The translations under genes and the position numbers were made by a program. A DNA stretch of 64,000 bases, taken from contig JALRKY010000027.1 of assembly GCA_023260985.1 (NCBI GenBank), positions 15,887 to 79,886 of the forward strand, written 5' to 3'. This stretch comes from Altererythrobacter sp. (GTDB lineage Bacteria > Pseudomonadota > Alphaproteobacteria > Sphingomonadales > Sphingomonadaceae). The notes beneath the pieces are model-generated. The model had not been told where the DNA came from, did no database searches, and saw only the letters and a list, made by a program, of their open reading frames with translations. Below, one piece after another: positions 1 through 8,700 of this stretch. Numbering within the stretch: position 1 is the stretch's first letter; every line of letters begins with the position of its first letter.

Positions 1-755
1 TGGACGAAGCGCGCGAGGCTGGGATCGAGCAGATGATCTTCGTCACCGGGCGTGGGAAGACGGCGATCGTCGAGCATTTCGACATGGCGTTCGAACTCGA
101 AACCACGATGGGAGAGCGCGGCAAGGACATGGCAGTGCTCGAACCGACCCGCGCAACGCCGGGCGACATCATCACCGTGCGCCAGCAGGTCCCGCTGGGC
201 CTTGGCCATGCAATCTGGTGCGCGCGCGCGGTCGTGGGCGACGAACCCTTCGCGATCTTCCTGCCCGACGAGTTGATGATCGCACACAAGGGCAGCACTG
301 GCTGCATGAAGCAGATGGTCGACGCCTATGGCGAGGCTGGCGGCAACCTCATCAGCGTGCTCGAAGTCCCCCACGAAGAAGTCTCGAGTTATGGCGTGAT
401 CGATCCCGGCGCGCAGGTTTCGAGTGCACTCACGGAAGTGAAGGGTCTGGTCGAAAAGCCGCCTGTGGCCGAAGCGCCATCGAACAAGATCATCTCCGGC
501 CGGTACATCCTGCAGCCCGAAGTGATGCGCGTGCTCGAAGCGCAGGAAAAGGGTGCCGGGGGCGAGATCCAACTGACCGACGCCATGGCAAAGATGATCG
601 GCAACCAGCCCTTCCACGCCGTGACCTTCGACGGCAAGCGCTACGATTGCGGCAGCAAGACCGGCTTCGTCGAAGCAACTCTGGCACTGGCGCTCGAGCG
701 TAAAGACATCGGCGCAGAGGTCCGCGCGATGGCTGAGCGGTTGCTGGCGGACTAA
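1..755 (+). CDS. galU: UTP--glucose-1-phosphate uridylyltransferase (5' end outside window)
   Basis: The frame of ORF 33..755 stays open back to base 3 (DEAREAGIEQ precedes MIFVTGRGK). VTGRGK, VRQ..PLGLGHA and VEKP are GalU-like. Stop TAA at 753-755. Confidence 0.88.
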   Translation, partial: DEAREAGIEQMIFVTGRGKTAIVEHFDMAFELETTMGERGKDMAVLEPTRATPGDIITVRQQVPLGLGHAIWCARAVVGDEPFAIFLPDELMIAHKGSTGCMKQMVDAYGEAGGNLISVLEVPHEEVSSYGVIDPGAQVSSALTEVKGLVEKPPVAEAPSNKIISGRYILQPEVMRVLEAQEKGAGGEIQLTDAMAKMIGNQPFHAVTFDGKRYDCGSKTGFVEATLALALERKDIGAEVRAMAERLLAD

Positions 756-2047
756 CTGGCCACAAAACGAACCGGCAGCGTCTTGAGGCCGCCGACAAAT
801 GTCGAAGTCGCACGCTTGGGCTCGCCCGCCAGTTCGATGCACTCGATCCGGTCGAGCAAAGTCTCGAACAGGATCTTCATCTCCATGCGCGCCAGGTGCA
901 GGCCAAGGCACTGGTGCGCCCCGGCACCGAAAGCCAGGTGGCGATTGGGAGAGCGCGCTGCGTCGAACTTGCGCGGGTTCTCGAACTGCGCCGGATCGTG
1001 ATTGGCCGCGACATAGTTGATCATCAACCAGTCGCCCTTCTTGATCTGCTGACCGCCAAGTTCGACATCTTCGGCAGCGGTGCGCATGAAGTGTTGCACC
1101 GGCGTCGTCCAGCGGATCGCTTCTTCGACGATGCCCGGAAGCAGCGAGCGGTCGGCCTTGACCCGGGCCCATTGCTCGGGATCCTGCGCCAGCGCCATCA
1201 TTGCGCCCGCTGTCGATGCCGAAGTGGTGTCATGGCCGGCAGTGGCAACGATGATGTAATAGCCTGCCATATCGCGCGCGGGCAGCGGCGCGCCATCGAC
1301 CATGGCGTTGGCGATGACACTGGCGACGTCGTCCGTCGGGTTCGCGCGGCGGTCTTCCGCCAGCTTTGCGAAATAATCTTCGAAAGTCCGGACCGCGCCT
1401 GCGACGAGTTGCACCACCTGTTCGGGCGTCATCTGGTCGAGCCCAGTGCCCGACAGATCCTTGTCTTGCCCGCCGAACAGCTGCTGGGTGAGCATCTGCA
1501 TGCGCGGCTCATCTTCCTCGGGCACACCCAGGATCTGCATCACGACATGCAAAGGATAAGGCCCCGAAACGAGCTTCACGAAATCCACTTCCGGCCCGGC
1601 GGCGACCAGTCGGTCGACCGTGGCATGGGCGATCGCGCGGATTTCTTCCTCCATCTTCTGGAGGTTGCGCGGCATGAACCAGTCCTGCGTCAGCCTGCGA
1701 TACTTGGGATGGATCGGTGCATCGAACACCACCAGCGAATCGACCAGCATGTCGCTGCCGGTCGCCTGGCGCGAGAATTCGATCGCGTCGCGAAAGCTGA
1801 ACACCACCGGGCGCGGATTGTTGAGGAAAGTGGCGTTGTCCTTCGAAATCCGCATCACATCTTCATAGCGCGTAACCAGCCAGAACGGATCGAACAGCTT
1901 GCCGTCATCGGGTTCGATTCGTGCCACCGGCGATTCGAGGCGCAAGCGATCGAACGTGTCGAGCAAGCCGTCCCATTCAGCATAGGAATGCGGGTCGATC
2001 ACTTGCCGCGCGACGTCGGGCGGAAGGGTTTTCGCCTGGTCTGCCAT
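752..2047 (-). CDS. cytochrome P450, CYP108 (P450terp)-like
   Basis: Start re-picked at internal ATG 2045-2047 (MADQAKTLPP); the upstream 85 codons are Arg/Ser-rich junk overlapping the next gene. I-helix ATAGHDTTSAS, EEAIRW, heme loop FGAGAHQCLGLHLARMEMK. The C-terminal half closely resembles P450terp as I remember it. Confidence 0.88.
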   Translation of the reverse strand: MADQAKTLPPDVARQVIDPHSYAEWDGLLDTFDRLRLESPVARIEPDDGKLFDPFWLVTRYEDVMRISKDNATFLNNPRPVVFSFRDAIEFSRQATGSDMLVDSLVVFDAPIHPKYRRLTQDWFMPRNLQKMEEEIRAIAHATVDRLVAAGPEVDFVKLVSGPYPLHVVMQILGVPEEDEPRMQMLTQQLFGGQDKDLSGTGLDQMTPEQVVQLVAGAVRTFEDYFAKLAEDRRANPTDDVASVIANAMVDGAPLPARDMAGYYIIVATAGHDTTSASTAGAMMALAQDPEQWARVKADRSLLPGIVEEAIRWTTPVQHFMRTAAEDVELGGQQIKKGDWLMINYVAANHDPAQFENPRKFDAARSPNRHLAFGAGAHQCLGLHLARMEMKILFETLLDRIECIELAGEPKRATSTFVGGLKTLPVRFVAS

Positions 2048-2048
2048 G

Positions 2049-3599
2049 TTACGCCTGCTCCTTCGCCTTCGCGGCGTATTCATCGCGCAATTCGCGCTTG
2101 TAGAGTTTGCCATTCGCTTCGCGCGGCAACTCGGCGCGGAAGTCAAACAGCCGCGGCATCTTGATCCGCGCCAGCTGCGGCGCAAGGAAATCGCGCAGCT
2201 CCTGCTCGAACGCGGCACCGCCATCGCCAGCGACAGCGGCCATGTCGACCGGCTGGACCACCGCCACGACCTTCTCGCCCAGATCGGGATCGGGAGCGCC
2301 AATCACCGCCGCATCCATCAACTTGGCATGCGTCACCAGCAGGTTCTCGATCTCCTGCGGGTAGATGTTGACCCCGCCCGAGATGATCATGTGGCTCTTG
2401 CGGTCTGTGAGGTAAAGGAAGCCCTCTGCATCGACATGGCCGATGTCGCCCAGCGTCATCCAGCCTTCGTGATGCATCGCCTCGGCCGTCTTGCCCGGAT
2501 CCTTGTGATAGCTCGGCAGGATATCGTTCTCGAAATAGATGAGCCCGTCCTGCTCTGCAGGCAGCTCCTCGCCTTCAGGGCCGCAGATGTGCAGCTTGCC
2601 ATAGATCGCCCGGCCAACCGTTCCCTTGTGGGTCAACCAGTCAGGGCTGTGCACCATGGTCATGCCGATACCTTCCGATCCGGCATAATATTCGATGATG
2701 ATCGGCCCCCACCATTCGATCATCGCCTGCTTGACCGGGATCGGACACGGGGCTGCGGCATGGATCGCTCGCTTGTGGCTTGAAAGGTCGTACTTGTTCC
2801 GGATCTCCTCCGGCAGGCGGAGGAAGCGCACGAAATGGGTCGGGACCCATTGGCTGTCGGTGACGCGATACTTCTCGATCGCCGCCAACGCCGCCTCGGG
2901 ATCGAACTTTTCCATCATCACCACTGTGCCGCCCAGCCGGTGCACCGTCGAACACCAGCCTATCGGCGCAGCGTGATAGAGTGGCGCAGGCGAGAGGTAG
3001 ACCATGCTGCCATCGCCCGGCATGCCCGCCCCCATCTGGGCCAGCGCGACCAGAGCCACCGGCGCCGCCGGATCGGGATCTTCCGGGGGCTTGGGCCGGA
3101 TGCCCTTGGGGCGACCGGTCGTGCCGGAGGAATAGAGCATGACCAGGCCTGCGCTCTGGTCGGCAATCGGATCGACAGGCTGCGCGGCCAGTGCGGCTGC
3201 AAAATCCTCTTCGCCGTTTCCGTCCACCATCAGGATCGGGATTTCGGGACATTCGGCGCGCACCCCGGGCAAGACTTCGTCGAAATAATGCGACGTGATC
3301 AGCAGCTTCGCTTCGCTGTCCTTGAGGATGTAGGCGATTTCAGGCGCGGTCAGCCGGGTCGAGATAGGCACCAGCATTGTGCCCGCGCGCTGCGAGCCCC
3401 AGATCAGCGTGAAGTATTCGATTCGGTTCTCGAGCAGGACCGCAAAGGCATCGTCCGGCTTGAAACCGCGAGCGCGCAGCAGGTGTGCGAAACGATTCGA
3501 TTCGGCTTCCATTTCGCCGAAGGTCATGGACGCGCCGCTGCCTGCCATGATCACGGCGGGGTGGTTTGGGCGAGTTCTTGCGTGCTCAATCGGATGCAT
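2049..3599 (-). CDS. AMP-dependent acyl-CoA synthetase/ligase
   Basis: AMP-binding motif YSSGTTGRPKG, GYYAGSEG, C-terminal LPREANGKLYKR. ATG 3597-3599 is preceded by GGAGAGAGGAAA. Its stop lies 1 nt from the P450 start. Confidence 0.86.
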   Translation of the reverse strand: MHPIEHARTRPNHPAVIMAGSGASMTFGEMEAESNRFAHLLRARGFKPDDAFAVLLENRIEYFTLIWGSQRAGTMLVPISTRLTAPEIAYILKDSEAKLLITSHYFDEVLPGVRAECPEIPILMVDGNGEEDFAAALAAQPVDPIADQSAGLVMLYSSGTTGRPKGIRPKPPEDPDPAAPVALVALAQMGAGMPGDGSMVYLSPAPLYHAAPIGWCSTVHRLGGTVVMMEKFDPEAALAAIEKYRVTDSQWVPTHFVRFLRLPEEIRNKYDLSSHKRAIHAAAPCPIPVKQAMIEWWGPIIIEYYAGSEGIGMTMVHSPDWLTHKGTVGRAIYGKLHICGPEGEELPAEQDGLIYFENDILPSYHKDPGKTAEAMHHEGWMTLGDIGHVDAEGFLYLTDRKSHMIISGGVNIYPQEIENLLVTHAKLMDAAVIGAPDPDLGEKVVAVVQPVDMAAVAGDGGAAFEQELRDFLAPQLARIKMPRLFDFRAELPREANGKLYKRELRDEYAAKAKEQA

Positions 3600-3676
3600 G
3601 GGTTTCCTCTCTCCAGCGCAGCACCTTGGCCGACTGTCTGCGATTGGAAACCTAGCTAACTAGCCAAAGGCGACAA

Positions 3677-3705
3677 GAAAAAAGGCGGCGGGATAACCCG
3701 CCGCC
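3677..3705 (-). terminator. rho-independent terminator downstream of the M23 peptidase gene
   Basis: Minus-strand GGCGGCGGG-TTAT-CCCGCCGCC followed by TTTTTTCTT, 62 nt after the stop at 3767. Confidence 0.6.
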
Positions 3706-3766
3706 ATGATCGGACATCCTCTCCTCTGTCCGAATTCCGCTTCAAGGCGGACACTCTAACTGCGGC

Positions 3767-4471
3767 CTAGTCGCCCCCCTGGCCGCCTTCTTCGAAATTC
3801 TCGTCCAGCACCGCCAAACGCTGCTGAACTGTCGACTCCACCATATACGGAATTGGATTTACCGCAACACCTGCAATGCGAACTTCGTAATGCAGGTGCG
3901 GGCCGGTGGAGCGGCCGGTCGATCCGACGTAGCCGATGATGTCGCCTTTTTTGACCCGCTCGCCTTCCGCTACGTCGAGTCGCGAGAGGTGCGCGTAGCG
4001 GGTTTCAAGTTCAGCGCCGTGATTGATTTCGATGAACAGCCCGTAGCTCGAGAACCATTCGGCACGATCGACGATCCCGTCAGCGGTTGCGTAAATCGGC
4101 GTGCCTGTGGGCGCTGCCAAATCGATACCCTGGTGTTTGCGGCGGCCGCCGATGACCGGATGGATACGCATGCCGAAATCGCTGCTCAGCCGCGCGCCAT
4201 CGAGCGGCATGCGCGAAGGAACCGAAATGGCCGTGCGGACTGTGCTGGCATCGGGGCGGGTTTCTAGCGCTTCCCAAGTCGTGAACAGCTGGCGGAAGCC
4301 CTGATCGCCGGCGATCAGCGAGTCGTCTTGCGCGCCACGCACCGTGTCGGTGATTTCGACGGCAACGGCGTTGCTGTTGGCGAGCACCGGGCTGGCGGCG
4401 ATCGAAAGGCAGCCGGCAACGAGCGCAAAGCCCACCCGTAAGCCGTATTGCTTGAAATGCGATCCCACCAA
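3767..4471 (-). CDS. M23 family (LytM-type) metallopeptidase, exported
   Basis: HQGIDLAAPTGTPIYA ... GYVGSTGRSTGPHLHYEVR motifs, N-terminal hydrophobic signal. TTG start at 4469-4471 (GTG 3 nt later is also possible). Confidence 0.85.
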   Translation of the reverse strand: MVGSHFKQYGLRVGFALVAGCLSIAASPVLANSNAVAVEITDTVRGAQDDSLIAGDQGFRQLFTTWEALETRPDASTVRTAISVPSRMPLDGARLSSDFGMRIHPVIGGRRKHQGIDLAAPTGTPIYATADGIVDRAEWFSSYGLFIEINHGAELETRYAHLSRLDVAEGERVKKGDIIGYVGSTGRSTGPHLHYEVRIAGVAVNPIPYMVESTVQQRLAVLDENFEEGGQGGD

Positions 4472-4609
4472 AACCCGTTCCTCGCGGCAGCTCCTGAAAC
4501 GAAGCCGCCTTATTTCTTAGCTAACCCGAAGGGGGGTGCCCCCGCGATCCCGGCGGAGGCCCCAATGCCCAACCGCCTTTGTGTGATGATTGGTTAAGCG
4601 GCGAAGAAT

Positions 4610-5416
4610 TTACGAAGCAATAGCGGCGTAGAAGTCGCGCGACAGACCGGCTGCAAGACGCGCCGAGTCGTTGAACGGTGGCTTAACCGCCCCCCGAAAG
4701 TGGCGCGACACCAGCTCCTGCCAGCATTTCTGCGGAGAATCGCCCGCTGCTTTGGCCAGCGCAAGAAAGTGCTTGGTGCCGATCGCGACATGGCGGATTT
4801 CGTCGTCAAGGATTCGTTCGAGAATCCTTGCGCCATGCTCGTCGCCCTGTGCGCGAACCCGCTCGAGCGTTGCCGGCGTGACGTCAAGCCCGCGCGCCTC
4901 CAGTACCATCGGTACAATCGCGAGTCGCGCACGCACGTCATCGCGCGTTTCATATGCGGCCTGCCACAGCCCGCCATGCGCGGGCAGCGCGCCATAGTGG
5001 CTGCCCAGGCTTTCGAGTTTGCGGGCGAGCAAGGCGAAGTGCATCGCCTCATCGGCCGCGACCGAGAGGAAGTCCGACACGAATTCCTCACCCATCGCTT
5101 CCCCGAAGCGGCCCGCCATGTCGAGCGCGAGGTCGATCGCGACGAATTCGATATGTGCCAGCGAATGCCACAGGGCGATCCGCCCACGCTCCGAGCCGCC
5201 CTTCCCGCGTTTGGGCATGCGATTCGGTGGCAGAAGCTCCGGCTGGACAGGGCGGGCCGGTTCATCCGGCATAGTGACGTCAAACCGCCAGGCCAGACGC
5301 CCAAGCCACCATCTCCGCGCAACGTCGCGAGTCGCCATCGCCTTGCCGCGCGGATGGGCGGTGAGCAGCGCAGCGCGGATCGCACCGGCAAGCGAAGGCA
5401 TTTCGGGTGACGTCAA
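4610..5416 (-). CDS. ferritin-like DUF455 family protein
   Basis: HIEFVAIDLALD ... DEAMHFALL ... DEIRHVAIG di-iron-type helix motifs. The start is uncertain (TTG 5416 or ATG 5401). Confidence 0.7.
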   Translation of the reverse strand: MTSPEMPSLAGAIRAALLTAHPRGKAMATRDVARRWWLGRLAWRFDVTMPDEPARPVQPELLPPNRMPKRGKGGSERGRIALWHSLAHIEFVAIDLALDMAGRFGEAMGEEFVSDFLSVAADEAMHFALLARKLESLGSHYGALPAHGGLWQAAYETRDDVRARLAIVPMVLEARGLDVTPATLERVRAQGDEHGARILERILDDEIRHVAIGTKHFLALAKAAGDSPQKCWQELVSRHFRGAVKPPFNDSARLAAGLSRDFYAAIAS

Positions 5417-5423
5417 TCCCGCC

Positions 5424-5897
5424 TCACAGCGCCTTGGCAGCGGCGAGCACTTCTTCGGCGTGGCCCTTGACCTTCACCTTGTCCCACACCCGCGCGATCT
5501 TGCCGTCGCCGCCGACAAGATAGGTGGTGCGCACCATTCCCATATAGGTCTTCCCGTACATGCTCTTTTCGGTCCAGATGCCGAGCGCGTCCGACAGGCC
5601 GCCCTCGAGCGCATCGCTCGCCAGCGGCGCGGCAAGCCCGTGCTTGGCAATGAACTTGGCATGCTTGGCCGGCGGATCCTTGCTGACGCCAAGCAGCGCA
5701 ACGCCCGCTTTGGCAAAATCGCCGGCCAGCGCGGAGAAATCCTTGTTCTCGGTCGTGCAGCCCGGCGTGTCGTCCTTGGGATAGAAGAACAGGACCAGCT
5801 TGCTGCCCTTGAAGTCAGACGGCTTCACCGTGCCGCCATCGAGGGTCTCCAGCGCTATATCGGGCAGGGCGTCGCCGGTTGCGGGAAATTTGCTCAT
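5424..5897 (-). CDS. bcp: thioredoxin-dependent peroxiredoxin Bcp
   Basis: FFYPKDDTPGCTTE active-site motif. Start taken at MSKFPATGD; its ATG overlaps the glnE stop (ATGA at 5894-5897). Confidence 0.9.
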   Translation of the reverse strand: MSKFPATGDALPDIALETLDGGTVKPSDFKGSKLVLFFYPKDDTPGCTTENKDFSALAGDFAKAGVALLGVSKDPPAKHAKFIAKHGLAAPLASDALEGGLSDALGIWTEKSMYGKTYMGMVRTTYLVGGDGKIARVWDKVKVKGHAEEVLAAAKAL

Positions 5898-8590
5898 TCT
5901 ACCATCTCCAGTTTCAATCCGAACGCATGCTGCCATGCGGCGGCCACCGCATGGCGTGCCTCGCCCAGACTACGCAAGAGCGCGTCATAGGTTTCGCAGC
6001 GGCAAGCTCGCGCCAAGGCCTTTGCCGCAGCGGGCGGCGGTTCGGCGAGGTCGGGGGCGAGCAGCCTCGTCGAGACGAGCAGCCGCGTCATGAAGTCGTG
6101 CGCCTCGCGCAGCTCCGGTGGGAGCAACCCGGCTGCAACGAGCGCGTCGATCGCGTCAGCCAAGTTAGGCGATAGTCCCACGCCTTCGCGCAATTGCAGG
6201 AAGTGAATGATGAACTCGAGGTCGACCAGCCCACCACGTAGCAGTTTGGCGTCGAGCGGACCGCCCGGAGACTTGTGCTGGGCCATTTCGCTGCGCATCG
6301 CGAGCACCTCTTCACGCAGCTTGTGGGGTTCGCGCTCCTTCGCGAGCACTTCCGATATGATGGCTTCAAGCTCGGCGCGCGCCTCGTCCGAAGCGACCAG
6401 CACACGCGCCCGGGTGAGCGCCATATGCTCCCATGTCCAGGCATCTTCGCGCTGGTATCTGGCGAAGGCGCCGATCGTCACGCTAAGCGGGCCCTGCGCT
6501 CCCTGCGGCCGCAACCGCGTGTCGATGTCATAAAGCGCGCCATGTGCCGTCGGCACCGAAAGCGCGGCACTGAGCCGCTGCGCCAGCCGGTTATAGTAAT
6601 GTGTGCCGCCAAGCGGGCGCTCGCCGTCGGATTCGACGCCGGACTCTCCGCTGAAAAGGTAAATGATGTCGAGGTCGGAGGCGTGGGTAAGCGCGCCCCC
6701 ACCGAACCTGCCGAGCCCCAGCACCACCAGCTCGCTATTGGCAATGCGGCCATGCTTGCGGGCAAACTCCTCGCAAGCGGCGCGGTGCGCCACTTGAAGC
6801 GCCGCCTCTGCCGTGCGCGACAACGCGGCCGCGATGTCGAGCGGATCATGCACGGCCTGGATCAATTGCAGCCCCAGCGCGAAGCGCAGCTCACCTGTGA
6901 CGATGCGGATCCGGTCAAGCTGCCGTTCGTAATCGCGCGAGGCGCCCCCCGCTTCCATCCGCGCCGCGATATCGTCGACATCGCCCGGCAAGTTGAGTGC
7001 GCTTGCGTCGATCAGCGTGTCCAGCAGTCCCGGCCGCCTTCCCAGATCTTCAGCGAGCGTGGGCGCCAGCGTGAGCACCGCCATTAATTGCTCAAGCATA
7101 CCGGGGCGCGCTTCGAGCAGGCGGAAAAGGTTGATCGCGGACGATGCATTAGCCAGCACGCCTTCCCATCGTAACAGGGCCCGCTCGGGTTCGTCGGCAT
7201 GCGCGAAAGCCTCGACCAGCGCGGGCAGCATCGCGTCAAATGCCTCAAGCGCGGCGGGCGATCGCAGCGACTGGTAGCGGCCATCGCGCCACTCGGCGAT
7301 CCGTTCCGCCACCTTTTCAGGCTCGGCAAAGCCAAGCTTGCTAAGCCGCTGCGCAAGCGGCGCCGGGGCGGCATCTACCGGCTCGGTCTGGCTCCCGCCA
7401 TCGAGCAGCCGGTCATAGGCCTGCGCTACGCGCGCTGTGATCGCCCGCAATTCCTCGACCAGAGCCGCGCCGTCCCTGAGCCCGTCGAGCCGCGCAACAG
7501 AGTCGAGTGCGGCCCCGGCAGGCAAGGCGTGAGTCTGGTGGTCTTCCAGCATCTGAAGCCGGTGCTCGATCACGCGCAGCCGGTGATACGCCTCACCCAG
7601 TATCACCGCCTCTTCTGCTTCGATCCGTCCCGCAGCGGCCAAGGCGTCGAGCGCGGCGCGGGTGCCGCGCAGGCGCAAGGAAGAATCGCGGCCGCCATGG
7701 ATCAGCTGGTGAGTCTGCGCGAAGAATTCGACTTCGCGAATCCCGCCGCGCCCGTGCTTGAGGTTGAAGCCCGGTCCCACGTCGCGCGGCCCCTTGTAGT
7801 TCGAGCGAATCCGCGAGGTGAGCCGCCGGATCTCGTCGATTGCCCCGAAATCGAGGCTTGAGCGCCAGACGAATGGGCCGATCATGGCAAGGAAGCGCTC
7901 GGCCGCGGCAATGTCGCCTGCAGCCGCGCGCGCACGGATAAAGGCCGCGCGCTCCCACGCCAGGGCAGAGCTTTCGTAATGCGTCAGCGCGGCATTGCAT
8001 GAGATCGCTAGCGGGCTCACTTCGCTCGCAGGGCGGAGCCGCAAGTCGACCCGGAAGACGTAACCATCCTCGGTGTTCTCCGACAGCGTCCTGACCACTT
8101 CGCGTGCATAGCGCTGCGCTGCTTCGCCGGGCTCGTCCCGCTCGCGCCGCGGCAATGTTTGCGGATCGTAGAGCAGGATCGGGTCGATGTCGGAGGAATA
8201 GTTGAGTTCGTGCGCGCCATGCTTGCCCAGCGCCAGCGCGATCATCCCCGCCGGCTCTGCCCCTTCGACCCGCCGGGTGATCGCATCGATGATCGCGATG
8301 TCGAGCGCGCGGTCCGCGAGATCCGACAGTTCGACCATGACCATGTCGAGCGGGAATGCCCCCGCAAGGTCGCCAATCGCCAGCGCGGTCGCATAGGCGA
8401 GCCGCTCGCGCCGCAATGCCAGCCCAACCGAAGCGCAATTCTCGCCTGCCCGGCGCGCCCATTCCAGCGCCGCATCGGCGTCACCGGCCTCAAGCAGCGA
8501 AGCGAGCGCCGGCTGCCGGTCGAGCGCGCGCGCAAGGAAAGGCGCCTCTGCCCGCGCCCGCGCCAGCGCATTGTGCCATTCGCTCGCCAT
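5894..8590 (-). CDS. glnE: bifunctional glutamine synthetase adenylyltransferase/adenylyl-removing enzyme
   Basis: 898 aa with two nucleotidyltransferase modules (GKHGAHELNYSSDIDPILLY and GLGRFGGGALTHASDLDIIYLF) plus GlnE helical regions. Confidence 0.93.
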   Translation of the reverse strand: MASEWHNALARARAEAPFLARALDRQPALASLLEAGDADAALEWARRAGENCASVGLALRRERLAYATALAIGDLAGAFPLDMVMVELSDLADRALDIAIIDAITRRVEGAEPAGMIALALGKHGAHELNYSSDIDPILLYDPQTLPRRERDEPGEAAQRYAREVVRTLSENTEDGYVFRVDLRLRPASEVSPLAISCNAALTHYESSALAWERAAFIRARAAAGDIAAAERFLAMIGPFVWRSSLDFGAIDEIRRLTSRIRSNYKGPRDVGPGFNLKHGRGGIREVEFFAQTHQLIHGGRDSSLRLRGTRAALDALAAAGRIEAEEAVILGEAYHRLRVIEHRLQMLEDHQTHALPAGAALDSVARLDGLRDGAALVEELRAITARVAQAYDRLLDGGSQTEPVDAAPAPLAQRLSKLGFAEPEKVAERIAEWRDGRYQSLRSPAALEAFDAMLPALVEAFAHADEPERALLRWEGVLANASSAINLFRLLEARPGMLEQLMAVLTLAPTLAEDLGRRPGLLDTLIDASALNLPGDVDDIAARMEAGGASRDYERQLDRIRIVTGELRFALGLQLIQAVHDPLDIAAALSRTAEAALQVAHRAACEEFARKHGRIANSELVVLGLGRFGGGALTHASDLDIIYLFSGESGVESDGERPLGGTHYYNRLAQRLSAALSVPTAHGALYDIDTRLRPQGAQGPLSVTIGAFARYQREDAWTWEHMALTRARVLVASDEARAELEAIISEVLAKEREPHKLREEVLAMRSEMAQHKSPGGPLDAKLLRGGLVDLEFIIHFLQLREGVGLSPNLADAIDALVAAGLLPPELREAHDFMTRLLVSTRLLAPDLAEPPPAAAKALARACRCETYDALLRSLGEARHAVAAAWQHAFGLKLEMVE

Positions 8591-8700
8591 CTGCGCTCCC
8601 TGCCCGCAGCCGCGCGGCTGCGCAAGCGCGATGGCTTGCCCCGCGCTCGCGGCTCTGCGATGGAGGCGCCGCAGCTTTCCCGAAGAGGATACACCTGACG

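Noticed and set aside
896-2164. A 422-aa plus-strand ORF.
   Set aside because: It is antisense to the P450 gene and its composition is typical of GC-driven shadow ORFs. The same reasoning applies to 12409-13572 (thrS), 19238-20416 (gdhB), 39131-40405 (dxs), 43907-45022 (heparinase-like), 14943-16403 (phoD) and 27625-28593 (CYP153).
8356-8700. A 115-codon N-terminal extension of the M28 peptidase ORF.
   Set aside because: The extension is Arg/Pro/Ala-rich, overlaps the glnE 5' end on the other strand and precedes a clean lipoprotein signal starting at ATG 8701. Similar artificial extensions were trimmed for the ORFs at 752-2302, 5424-5936, 12334-14397, 17908-18993, 34329-35759, 40494-41099, 43877-45856, 45751-46527, 46417-47172, 51998-54457 and 56751-57803.
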